Source of the DNA: Macrostomum hystrix | Taxonomy: Eukaryota; Animalia; Platyhelminthes | Direction: 5' to 3' | Assembly: GCA_950097015.1 (NCBI GenBank) | Contig: CATNEN010000001.1 | Coordinates: 15,252,001 to 15,316,000 of the forward strand | Length of the DNA: 64,000 nt | In this document: piece by piece, positions 49,958 to 61,000 of the stretch | Layout of the letters: each line of letters begins with the position of its first letter | Position numbering within the stretch: position 1 is the first letter of the stretch | Translations under genes and position numbers: made by a program | Notes under the pieces: model-generated | What the model saw: only the letters and a program-made list of their open reading frames with translations | Told to the model about the DNA's origin: nothing | Databases searched by the model: none

Positions 49958-50926
49958 TTAGACACTAGATTGCTTCTTATCTACGCCTGACTCGGAAGAC
50001 TGATTTGTCTGGTCGCTGTTGCTAAGAGACTCGTCCAGGTGACGATCAATCTCGCGCTCATTCGGTAGAGACACCTGATCGAAGCCTTTCAAATCAGACT
50101 GGTTCGGCAAAGACTGGGCAATTTTAGTCGAATGGCTAGAAATAGCAGACGATGTGAAAGCGGACATTGCTCGCGAGTCGACAACGAAACACTTTCGCCT
50201 ACTGGTTGGCAAGTATAATTCTAGGCCTTCACCGCCTGATTTGAAAGTTAGTCTAGACCAATTCCTGCTGACGCCAGACGGCTCCACTTGAATGTTATCA
50301 ATTAGGGTGGCGTAGCTCTTTGACTGACCGTGCAGCCAGCCGCCCAATGGCAGCGTGGTTATGTACACAATATCCGGATTATTCTCATCCAAAGCCACAG
50401 AGAAGATCCTGTTGGCTAAATAGAATTTCTCTATAGCCAAATTGCCAGCTAGATATCCTAAACAGACAGCGGCCACAGTGGCAGGGATGGCATAGGTGGT
50501 CATCTCGCCTAGCAGGGGCGTACCGCCGACCCATTTGCAAAATACCAAATACGGCAGGCTAGCCAAGCCGCAGTAGCTAAGAATCTTTCCGACACCGCGC
50601 CATCTCGGCTGCATCGGCAGGTAGAACACGCCCCGACGCAGTAGGAACGCTATCCGCCTATTATAGAAGGCGTCACTGTCGATGTCTATGGCCACAACTG
50701 GCTCGTGACGAAGCCGGCCAGGTGGTACTTTTGGCGAACGAATTCTAAACTCTTCAGTCCAGTGAAGCTTCGGCTTTGATGACTGCGACAATGCCTGCTG
50801 CTGCTGTTGATGATTATCTCCGTTTGCTAGAGTGCTCTGCGATAGCCGTCTAGCAGAGTTAAAGTACAATTTTAAACAAGCCGCTGCTTCACTAGAATGA
50901 CGGCACTGGACAATGCGACTAAGCAT
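49958..50926 (-). CDS. Probable mitochondrial inner-membrane protein, TMEM70/TMEM186/TMEM223-like (single exon, 322 aa)
   Basis: The probable true ATG is 50926 (the ORF-track extension lies in a SINE), following an acceptor TTGCAG at 50958. R/S/L-rich presequence MLSRIVQCRH..., two hydrophobic helices, then RIFSVALDE..IVYITTL..GG, resembling this family. Family call is from memory. Confidence 0.6.
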   Translation of the reverse strand: MLSRIVQCRHSSEAAACLKLYFNSARRLSQSTLANGDNHQQQQQALSQSSKPKLHWTEEFRIRSPKVPPGRLRHEPVVAIDIDSDAFYNRRIAFLLRRGVFYLPMQPRWRGVGKILSYCGLASLPYLVFCKWVGGTPLLGEMTTYAIPATVAAVCLGYLAGNLAIEKFYLANRIFSVALDENNPDIVYITTLPLGGWLHGQSKSYATLIDNIQVEPSGVSRNWSRLTFKSGGEGLELYLPTSRRKCFVVDSRAMSAFTSSAISSHSTKIAQSLPNQSDLKGFDQVSLPNEREIDRHLDESLSNSDQTNQSSESGVDKKQSSV

Positions 50927-50971
50927 TTTGTTGCGTCTTGATTTATAAGATAAGAATCTGCAATACAAAGT

Positions 50972-52180
50972 GGAGATAATAATAATCGCAGGAGGACTGC
51001 GGGCACCTGCATACACAGGTGTGTACATCTGCCCTGACTTTATAATCGTCAGGCAGTGTACACTTAACTGTGCCTTGGAGGTTGGTCCTCAAAGGGCGTA
51101 AATTGCACGACAAGCCAGCTAGGACAGACAGACAGCTAGGACAGACACCTAGGACAGACACCTAGGACAGACACCTAGGACAGACACCTAGGACAGACAC
51201 CTAGGACAGACAGACAGCTAGGACAGACACCTAGGACAGACACCTAGGACAGACAGACAGCTAGGACAGACACCTAGGACAGACACCTAGGACAGACACC
51301 TAGGAGAGACACCTAGGACAGACACCTAGGACAGACAGACAGCTAGGACAGACACCTAGGACAGACAGACAGCTAGGACAGACACCTAGGACAGACACCT
51401 AGGACAGACAGACACCTAGGACAGACACCTAGGACTGACAGACAGCTAGGAGAGACGGACAGCTAGGACAGACAGACAGCTAGGACAGACACCTAGGACA
51501 GACACCTAGGACAGACAGACACCTAGGACAGACACCTAGGACTGACAGACAGCTAGGAGAGGCAGACAGCTAGGAGAGACAGACAGCTAGGACAGACAGA
51601 CACCTAGGACAGACAGACACCTAGGACAGACAGACACCTAGGACAGACACCTAGGACTGACAGACAGCTAGGAGAGACGGACAGCTAGGACAGACAGACA
51701 GCTAGGACAGACACCTAGGACAGACACCTAGGACAGACACCTAGGACTGACAGACAGCTAGGAGAGGCAGACAGCTAGGAGAGACAGACAGCTAGGACAG
51801 ACAGACACCTAGGACAGACAGTCGCCAAGGACAGACAGACAGTCTGGAGCAGCAGTGAATCCGACTTCTGAAACACTCCCTGATCCCCAGAAGCCACCGA
51901 GCATTCAGAGGCACAAGTGGCAGTTCTCTTGCGAATTCGCTAACTAGAGATTTTATGACATTTTTTAAATTTCTTTCTTCGACTCTTCTATATCCCAAGC
52001 GGTTCATCTGTCAGACATAAATTTCGGGGTATTTCGAGTGGTCTCACAGCTGCCTGGCTCTCAAGCAGCCTTCTCCGCCCCATTGACAATCTCGCACCTA
52101 CCCTGATCCCAAGCCTTCTCTCCGCGGCTGCGCCCCGAATGAATGTGGCCTCGCCGCGGAATCGAACTCCTATCACCCCC
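50972..52180 (-). mobile_element. tRNA-headed SINE copy split by a ~1-kb insert
   Basis: Head at 52110-52175 (rc GTTCGATTCCGCGGCGAGGCCACATT...GCAGCCGCGGAGAGAAGGCTTG). Body and (ATT)n tail at 50975-51095, collinear with 63140-63430. Confidence 0.75.
51112..51842. repeat. 13/17-bp minisatellite (CCTAGGACAGACA / GCTAGGACAGACAGACA)
   Basis: Tandem array nested inside the split SINE. Confidence 0.92.
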
Positions 52181-52711
52181 TACAAAGTGGAGATGGAATT
52201 GACAAAACAATGGGCGAATCTCGATCGATAAGCAGTAAAGTGGCTAGCTAAAATGGTACACAAATTGTTTTCGCTAGGATTTAAACAAAAGAGCTCAGGA
52301 GTATTCTGAGGATCTAAAATTACATTAGTTCAAAACCTCCCTATTAACCTTGTTTGCAAAGAACTACAAAAAATGCACAGAAAATTTTCAGAGGCATTCG
52401 TCCTTTTATCAAGAAAATATAGCTCAAGCAACAAAGCTTATAGAAGCAGAACATCGAATTTAATAATGCAAAAATCAGTGAACCGAAAACCAGCAACAAA
52501 AGAAATATTTGTTGGCAATGACGAATATGCGAATCAACGAAAAAACAATAGTGCTAAAATTTTCATAGCAATTTGTTCACTTTGAATGGTAATTCATAAA
52601 GCATCACGCTTGATATTACTGACAGTACAGTAGATCATAGAATGAACAGCTTAGTCTGTTCAATATTCAATAATTCATCTATTTATAATAGTTCGTTTCG
52701 TCGATATGATA

Positions 52712-54620
52712 AAATACGAATCCCAAATTGAGGATCTAGGGGAAATGGATACTAATCCCAACTTGAGGATCTGCGGGAAATGGATACGGATCCCAACTTG
52801 AGGATCTGCGGGAAATGGATACTAATCCCAACTTGAGGATCTGGGGGAAATGGATACGAATCCCAACTTGAGGATCTGGAGGAAATGGATACGGATCCCA
52901 ACTTGAGGATCTGGGGGAAATGGATACGGATCCCAACTTGAGGATCTGGGGGAAATGGATACGGATCCCAACTTGAGGATCTGCGGGAAATGGATACTAA
53001 TCCCAACTTGAGGATCTGCGGGAAATGGATACGGATCCCAACTTGAGGATCTGCGGGAAATGGATACTAATCCCAACTTGAGGATCTGCGGGAAATGGAT
53101 ACTAATCCCAACTTGAGGATCTGGGGGAAATGGATACGGATCCCAACTTGAGGATCTGGGGGAAATGGATACGGATCCCAACTTGAGGATCTGGGGGAAA
53201 TGGATACGGATCCCAACTTGAGGATCTGCGGGAAATGGATACTAATCCCAACTTGAGGATCTGCGGGAAATGGATACTAATCCCAACTTAAGGATCTGGG
53301 GGAAATGGATACGAATCCCAAATTGAGGATCTGGGGGAAATGGATACGAATCCCAAATTGAGGATCTGGGGGAAATGGATACGAATTCCAAATTGAGGAT
53401 CTAGGGGAAATGGATACTAATCCCAACTTGAGGATCTGGGGGAAATGGATACGAATCCCAAATTGAGGATCTGGGGGAAATGGATACGAATTCCAAATTG
53501 AGGATCTGGGGGAAATGGATACGGATCCCAACTTGAGGATCTGGAGGAAATGGATACGGATCCCAACTTGAGGATCTAGGGGAAATGGATACGAATCCCA
53601 AATTGAGGATCTGGGGGAAATGGATACGAATTCCAAATTGAGGATCTGGGGGAAATGGATACGGATCCCAACTTGAGGATCTGGAGGAAATGGATACGGA
53701 TCCCAACTTGAGGATCTGGGGGAAATGGATACGGATCCCAACTTGAGGATCTGGAGGAAATGGATACGAATTCCAAATTGAGGATCTAGGGGAAATGGAT
53801 ACGGATCCCAACTTGAGGATCTAGGGGAAATGGATACTAATCCCAAATTGAGGATCTGGAGGAAATGGATACTAATCCCAACTTGAGGATCTGGGGGAAA
53901 TGGATACGAATTCCAAATTGAGGATCTAGGGGAAATGGATACTAATCCCAACTTGAGGATCTGGGGGAAATGGATACGAATTCCAAATTGAGGATCTAGG
54001 GGAAATGGATACTAATCCCAAATTGAGGATCTGGAGGAAATGGATACTAATCCCAAATTGAGGATCTGGGGGAAATGGATACGGATCCCAACTTGAGGAT
54101 CTGGGGGAAATGGATACGAATCCCAACTTGAGGATCTGGAGGAAATGGATACGGATCCCAACTTGAGGATCTGGAGGAAATGGATACGGATCCCAACTTG
54201 AGGATCTGGGGGAAATGGATACTAATCCCAACTTGAGGATCTGGGGGAAATGGATACGAATTCCAAATTGAGGATCTGGGGGAAATGGATACGGATCCCA
54301 ACTTGAGGATCTGGAGGAAATGGATACGGATCCCAACTTGAGGATCTGGGGGAAATGGATACGAATTCCAAATTGAGGATCTAGGGGAAATGGATACTAA
54401 TCCCAACTTGAGGATCTGGGGGAAATGGATACGAATCCCAACTTGAGGATCTGGGGGAAATGGATACGAATCCCAACTTGAGGATCTGGAGGAAATGGAT
54501 ACGGATCCCAACTTGAGGATCTGGGGGAAATGGATACGGATCCCAACTTGAGGATCTGGGGGAAATGGATACGGATCCCAACTTGAGGATCTAGGGAAAT
54601 CAAAACGAATCCCAACTTGA
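52712..54620. repeat. 35-bp minisatellite (GAGGATCTGGGGGAAATGGATACGGATCCCAACTT)
   Basis: About 54 tandem copies, beginning ~14 nt after the HINT stop. Confidence 0.96.
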
Positions 54621-54633
54621 GTAAGCGGGATCT

Positions 54634-55218
54634 CTAGCTCCGATTGACTGGGCCTGTGCCGGGCGGCCAATCCATGGTTTGTCCGGCAAACACATGCATA
54701 TGCAAATGCGGCACACTTTGCAATGCGTCGTCGCCATTGTTGAGTACTAGACGGTAGCCATTGGTAACGCCGCGCTGCTTAGCAACCAGGCTAGCAACGG
54801 TAAACATTCTACCTAGAATGTTCTCGTCACAAGCCTGCGCCTCCTCCAAATTGGCCAATTGCTTCTTGGGCGCGACTAAGAACTGAACGGGAGTTACTCG
54901 ATTCTCTGGCAAGCCTAGAAACGCGAACACCAATTCGTCTTCGTACAGTATTGTGCCCGGAGCTTCCCGGCGAATGATTCTGGTGAAAATGGACGGCTGC
55001 CGATGCTCATAGTCTATGGCAGAGGCGCATCGACCCATACCGGCCTCGCTAGCTGACGACATTGGCAACGAAGTGGACTGTACAAGAGCTGCTCGGTGAA
55101 TGCTCACTGACAGCAGGAAGGCGATAGCGCTGACGCACAGAATGGCCAACAGGCTGCGCAGGTGAGGACGCGGCCTGGACGATGACGAGGTGCTGGACGA
55201 TGCCACCGATGGGCAAGA
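54634..55218 (-). CDS. HINT: Histidine-triad nucleotide-binding protein (HINT1/HINT2-like) with N-terminal hydrophobic extension
   Basis: SIFTRIIRRE.P..ILYEDE, FLVAPKK, GYRLVLNNG...QSVPHLHMHV.AG..MDWPPG (HxHxH triad and WPPG end). The frame is open from the acceptor at 55218, but the first ATG is at 55062. Confidence 0.88.
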   Translation of the reverse strand, partial: SCPSVASSSTSSSSRPRPHLRSLLAILCVSAIAFLLSVSIHRAALVQSTSLPMSSASEAGMGRCASAIDYEHRQPSIFTRIIRREAPGTILYEDELVFAFLGLPENRVTPVQFLVAPKKQLANLEEAQACDENILGRMFTVASLVAKQRGVTNGYRLVLNNGDDALQSVPHLHMHVFAGQTMDWPPGTGPVNRS

Positions 55219-55351
55219 CTGAAATATACAGTGCGTTGTGAGACCTCGGAGACTGAGAGTATCTGCTATGCACTTCCCACTCCGTATGGAGAAAATCGAA
55301 ATGCAACATTAGTTGTCTTGCAACTTTCTATCAACCATAACAGTCTACTAA

Positions 55352-55558
55352 TCTACCTTCCCACTCTCCCCTCTACCATCCCACTCTCCCCTCTACCTTC
55401 CCACTCTCCCCTCTACCTTCCCACTCTCCCCTCTACCTTCCCACTCTCCCCTCTACCTTCCCACTCTCCCCTCTACCTTCCCACTCTCCCCTCCACCTTC
55501 CCACTCTCTCCCCTCTACCTTCCCACTCTCCCCTCCACCTTCCCACTCTCTCCCCTCT
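55352..55558. repeat. 20-bp pyrimidine repeat (CCACTCTCCCCTCTACCTTC)
   Basis: Tandem array between MED29-like and HINT. Confidence 0.9.
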
Positions 55559-55761
55559 GATTTTAAATAATATCAACTCAGGAATTTAAGAGCAGAATAA
55601 ACGAATTGTTAAGCTGTGTCCGCAACAGCAAAGACAAAGCAGTAAAAATGAATTGGTGTTTAATTGGAACTAACATATAATACACATATGTAATATAATT
55701 CTTATTTTAGAGTAATTACGAGCGTAATAAGTCAGTGCACTTTTAAACGCAATCATCAACC

Positions 55762-57096
55762 TCAACCAATGGATTCCTGATTCTCGGAACCTTCACTTGG
55801 CTGCAGAAAATTCGGCGCCGAACTCACAGCAACATCGTCTGGCATTTCAACATCTCCAGCCTGGCCACTGGATTCACTGTCCAACTGTTGCAAGTCATTG
55901 TTGGATTTAGTTTGACGAACCAGGTCAACTTCCATAGCCAACTGATTGGCTTCGGTGAAGTTAGTGGAGTTAACTCGATCGGAGTCAACCAGAGAATCCG
56001 CAGTATTAACAGCAGTATTAGCTTCGACAACTGACTCCTCAGACTTCACCGGTTGAGTAGGCTCAGTTGGTATAGAAGATGGTCCAGAAGCGGCAGACAA
56101 TGAGTCGAAAAATTGCATTTCTTCTTCTTTAATCTGTTCGAGTTGTTTAGCGTCCGATTGAAAATTCTCATCGTCTGCAGCCTCAGCGGCTGGCTGCGGA
56201 GTTGCCGAATGACTCGATGTGGACGAAGAAGAAGAAGAAGTGCGCGATGAAGAGGACAACGAAGGTGTCTGTTGCTTTGGCTCTTCTTTCACACTTTGTA
56301 ACTGTTCTTCTTCTGATTTGATGTTCTCCAGTTCGGCCGGCTGTTGTTCGCTGGAGTCTTCTGTGACGGGCAGGACTTGCTCTACCAAGGACATCACAGT
56401 CTTGGATATTTCGGCAGCCTCGGCTTCAGCTGCCGCGGCCGCGGCGGCAGCAGCCGTAGCTCTAGCCTTGGCCTCCGCTTCGGCTAGGGCCGCTTTCTCT
56501 TTGGCCTCGGCCTCGGCCGCTGCTCTGGCCTCAGCCGCGGCGCGCTCAACTGCGTTCCTAGCAGCGGCGGCTCTGGCATCGGCTGCCGCGGCGGCGGCTG
56601 CAGCGGCAGCCTCGGCGGCTTTGACAGCCAGCGCTGAAGCGCTAGACTCGGCTTTAACATTCAGACGCTTAACAAAATCGGTCAATGGTTGCACTGTGAG
56701 CCGGCAACGCTCGGTATCTTCGCGAGAGCGCTGACGCAGCGATTCCACATCGAGTTGATTGGTCAGCTGATCTTGACCCGGTGGCCGAAGGCTCGCCGCA
56801 GTCTGTTGGCATAGCTGAAGGTCGGCCCAGCCAACCAGGTGTTTTAACTGCACCTCCATCTGGTCCAGCAGTTGAGGCAGCTCCAGTGGCATCGGCGGAG
56901 TTCGCTCATAATAGTCGGCGTCGCCCAAGTCAAATTCAACACTCTGACGCAACGATTGGGCCAATGAATTATCCAGATATTTGCCAGTATGATCTTTCAA
57001 TTGCAGCACAAGGCGTTGATAGCGTTGGATGGCGTCCGCCACCTCAGCTGGCTGCGGTTGCTGCACTGCAGGCAGAGCCGGGCCAGCAGCCACCAT
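55762..57096 (-). CDS. MED29: Mediator subunit 29 / Intersex-like protein with long Ala-rich and acidic C-terminal extension (single exon, 444 aa)
   Basis: DAIQRYQRLVLQLKD...LAQSLRQSVEFDLG...LLDQMEVQLK parallels vertebrate MED29 DPVQRYKMLIPQLKE...AAQNLIQNTNIDNG...LCDQLELCLR (recalled). Acceptor ATTTCAG at 57133. Confidence 0.68.
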   Translation of the reverse strand: MVAAGPALPAVQQPQPAEVADAIQRYQRLVLQLKDHTGKYLDNSLAQSLRQSVEFDLGDADYYERTPPMPLELPQLLDQMEVQLKHLVGWADLQLCQQTAASLRPPGQDQLTNQLDVESLRQRSREDTERCRLTVQPLTDFVKRLNVKAESSASALAVKAAEAAAAAAAAAADARAAAARNAVERAAAEARAAAEAEAKEKAALAEAEAKARATAAAAAAAAAEAEAAEISKTVMSLVEQVLPVTEDSSEQQPAELENIKSEEEQLQSVKEEPKQQTPSLSSSSRTSSSSSSTSSHSATPQPAAEAADDENFQSDAKQLEQIKEEEMQFFDSLSAASGPSSIPTEPTQPVKSEESVVEANTAVNTADSLVDSDRVNSTNFTEANQLAMEVDLVRQTKSNNDLQQLDSESSGQAGDVEMPDDVAVSSAPNFLQPSEGSENQESIG

Positions 57097-58087
57097 CGCT
57101 GCAGCTGCCGGATCTTTGATAGGAGTATTCGACTGAAATATCAGGCGCAGGAGAAACTAAATTAGAAACCAACTTGTCTATGACCTTACCCTGACACATG
57201 ATGGCCCGCACCTTTATTTCATGATCCAATCTTCCCAAAATTAGCTTTCTAGCAAGTGAGCAGAAAACAAGTCAGGAAAAAATTGCCGACTAACACACAG
57301 CTTTTAAGACAAACGCACACGTTCTTAAATATTGTATTTACTAACTCAAAAAATGATTGCTGCATTATAATATTTTCAATCAAATTAGCTTTGCAGTTTG
57401 CTAGTTAATACGCATTTTGTTAGAATTCTGTGATATAATTATGTTAGACATAAAATATAATAAGCATACCGATGAAGAACAGCCACTTATCATGTTAGAT
57501 TTGAGTGACACTTTCGTATATTGTAATAAAAAACAGTTCCTAGGGGGTTGGGGAGGAAAACAATGCGCTTTTTATTAATACAATTTTGCACGTTATAAAA
57601 AACTGAATATTATTAATTTAGTTACGTCTAAGATGAATTGCATTTAAAATTGGTTAACTAGTATAGATGCTTATGTACTTATAGAAGCTTGCAAAACAAA
57701 GTTTAATATTAAGCAAAAAACTTCGCCCAAAGTTAAAAAACCAGACAGACAGGTGAGACAGACAGAAGCATACTAAATTGCCTGGTTTTATTTTAAGTTT
57801 CCTTGTTTTATTCAATATTTTAATCTATACTTTGTTGAAAAAAAACTAAACAATTAACCTGTCACAGGCACTCAGCACATCAGAATCCTGACTTAATAGT
57901 GCATGCATCAGATTGTAAACAAATAAACACGTTTTACCACCCCTTCTTTTGTAGTTAGTCTGACACATAAAATACAGATTTCAGAACAAAAAGAGCAACT
58001 GAATCTGAATGATTGCAAACTAAATAGACAGAGAGATATAATCTTGAATTGTTTTGTTTTACTAAGTCGTTCTTGCAGTCGCGGCAT

Positions 58088-61000
58088 TCACATATACTGA
58101 TCGTAGCACTCGTCTGTGTCGCCATCTGCCACTAGTTCGTGTAGCGACTCCGAGTCCGAATAGTCTTGATCGAAAAACTTGATGACAATGTTGGAACCGT
58201 TGGGGTTGACATTTTTATAGATTTGTACAGGCACTGGTAGGTCTGGTAGGATCTCATTGCACAACAGCTCCTCTGTTGTTTTCGTAGCCTCGGGTGTTCC
58301 AGTGTCCAACACTAGCGATTTGACACCGGATGCAGTCTCCTCTAGCTGATGAGGAATCTTGTATTCGTGCAGGGTGTAGGATAAGCTGACTATCACCATG
58401 GAGTCAGCGCTCACTTGTGAAGCTCCGGTTAGCTGGTGCTGCTGCTGCTTCTTGGCTATTGTGGAAGTCAATTTCGTGCTGGTAGTTGTAGCTTTAGTTT
58501 GAGTAGCGGCCGCTGATTGAGCTGTTGAACTAGACGACGTTGTGGAAGCTGCAGCTGAAGGCGCGGCCGGGGGTGGCGGCGGTGAAGGCGGCGGCTGCTG
58601 CTGCTGCTCTTTCTTCTGCTGCTGCGAAAGCAGTTGAGCCGGAGTTTCTAGTTTTTCTAGGATCTCCTCCAGCTGGGCGCAGGTCTTCTTCAGCTGAGTC
58701 AGGCTGTAGGCGATCCGACGGCCGTGGGTTTTGTCGTTGACGTGGTCGGACATTTCGGTGCACCAGGAGCGCAGTTGAGCCAGAATCTCGGCCCGCTTCA
58801 GATAGAAATGAGCTTGCACAACCTCTTTGAAGCAGGGAGACGGATTCTTGATCTGTGGGGATAAGGAAAATGAATAGTGTAAATGCCTAAAAACGTTTTT
58901 TTTCTATACATATCGGACGGCAAAGTTCATATTTTTTTGCTTCAAGTTGTGATGAAGAACTTTGCGAAAGCGTTCTATACTACTAATGATTTGAACCCTT
59001 TGGCTTTGGGTTAAGGCCGGATTTATATGAAATTATAGAAATCTAAATAGATTTTTCGACACATGTCGGCTGTATAAAATCATGTTTTGATAAATTTATA
59101 AAAATTAACATGGGCCACGAGTACGAATCAAGATACAAATTTAGCAAGCATTAGTTCAATACATATCATCTTATAAAACAGAAAATATATAATTATGAGT
59201 AGAAAGCAATGTAATTACTATATTCTACTCATGATAGCCTCAGGCATTTGATTGACTTAAGCATGAATCAATTTTTACTATAAATATCGACTACTATGAC
59301 TACAGAAGATTTTGAATCTTTATAAACGATGCAAAAAACTAAGCGTGAACTTGTTATGTACTACTTATGATGACTATATTGAGTAGTATTAAATCAAGTT
59401 TTGAGTTAAAAGTACGTTTTTCGCCACATATCGGCTGTAGAGAAATATATCATAATGCATGAGAATCGCTCACCTGTTCCAGCATGGCCCACTTAGCGGT
59501 GGCCTGACGAATATTGGCGTCATACTCGCGACAAGAAGCCGTACCGCTGACTGTGCCTCGAGAACGCTCATAGCCTGGCTCATTGAAGTAAGGCTCGGAT
59601 ACCAATATGAGCGACTGGATGGATACTAACACCTGTAGAAAGCTAGACGTCTGTTGATTCCATTTCTCTTCCGGCCGGCCGTGCCAGGTGTTGAGGATCG
59701 ACAGGCAAACCTTGCCGTCGTTGTACAGATTAGGATTGAATCGGACGCTGTGATTGCCAGTGGTCTCCAGGTGGACTAGGGGCGGACTAGCCGGATAGTC
59801 TTGCGGAAAGAATACGTCAAATTCGAAGCAGCCGTTGGCGTACGGCGTGTCCTTCGGCCCGGTGATGAGAACCTTCATGAGGTCTAGGCGATCTTCGTCG
59901 CAGCGGACAAACACTGTGCTGCTGTCTGACAGAGGCAACGATGTAGACAATGTGACAGTCTCTTGGGCTAGGCGCCTGGCCCGGTTAGAGCTGCCGCCTT
60001 GCACCTGACGATTGGTAATGTCAATGAGATGGTGAGCCAGCGCTGATAGGATATTGGACAGGTAAGATGGTGAGACTGGCTGTTGGGACTGCATGGATGA
60101 GACAGGTGGGTCATTGGACTGCATGGATGGGACAGGTGGGTCATGGGACTGCATGGATGGGACAGGTGGGTCATTGGACTGCATGAATGGGACAGGTGGG
60201 TCATGGGACTGCATGGATGGTACAGGTGGGTTATGGGACTGCATGAATGGTACAGGTGGGTCACGGGACTGCATGGATGGGACAGGTGGGTCATGGGACT
60301 GCATGGATGGGACAGGCGGGTCATGGGACTGCATTGCTAGGTTATGTGATTGGATGGATGGGTCATTTGATTGGATGGATGGGTCATGCGATTGGATGGA
60401 TGGGTCATATGATAGGAATGGATTGATCGTGTGATTTCAATGAGTCCAAGATGGTCATGGAAGGTACCGCACCTGTTTAACGGACACATCGTAGTGGTGC
60501 CCGATATTGAAGACAATTTGTCCCGCATCATTCGTGGAGATCATTTGAAAGGTGTCAAACTGTAGCTCCTTCATAGTTCGACAGTACAGATCGGCGGCGG
60601 AAGCTGCTTGGTCGCGATCGCTTCGATCGTCCCGGTCGTCGTCGGCTAGAAAGTCCGGATCGTTGCTAACACCGGAGCCGAGAGCTCTGGCAACAGAATC
60701 GGCTGTTCGACGAATGTCGGCAATGAGCAGCTCGCATTCGGAATCAGCCGAGCTGTCCGATGCCGCAGCAGCAGCGGCGCCTTTCAATCTATTAGCGTAG
60801 GTGTCCACGCAGGCGCGCATGTTGTCTAATAACTGCCTAATCTCCCAGCGCAGTAGGCCGTGCAGGGAAGGCGTATTGGCTATGGCTCGCAGTACGCTAA
60901 ATACCGATCGATAAAGTGGCACGTGACGACTCATGTCTAGGACTGAGTCGTTGCGCAGATAGGACGCGATGGCCGGAGCTATACAGGAGTCGCGAATAGC

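Noticed and set aside
50927-51028. N-terminal 34 aa of the 356-aa ORF
   Set aside because: Lies in the SINE tail, upstream of the splice acceptor; ATG 50926 gives a plausible presequence.
33370-54620. 35-42-bp repeats as CRISPR arrays
   Set aside because: Head-to-tail units with no unique spacers, no cas genes, and a eukaryotic context.
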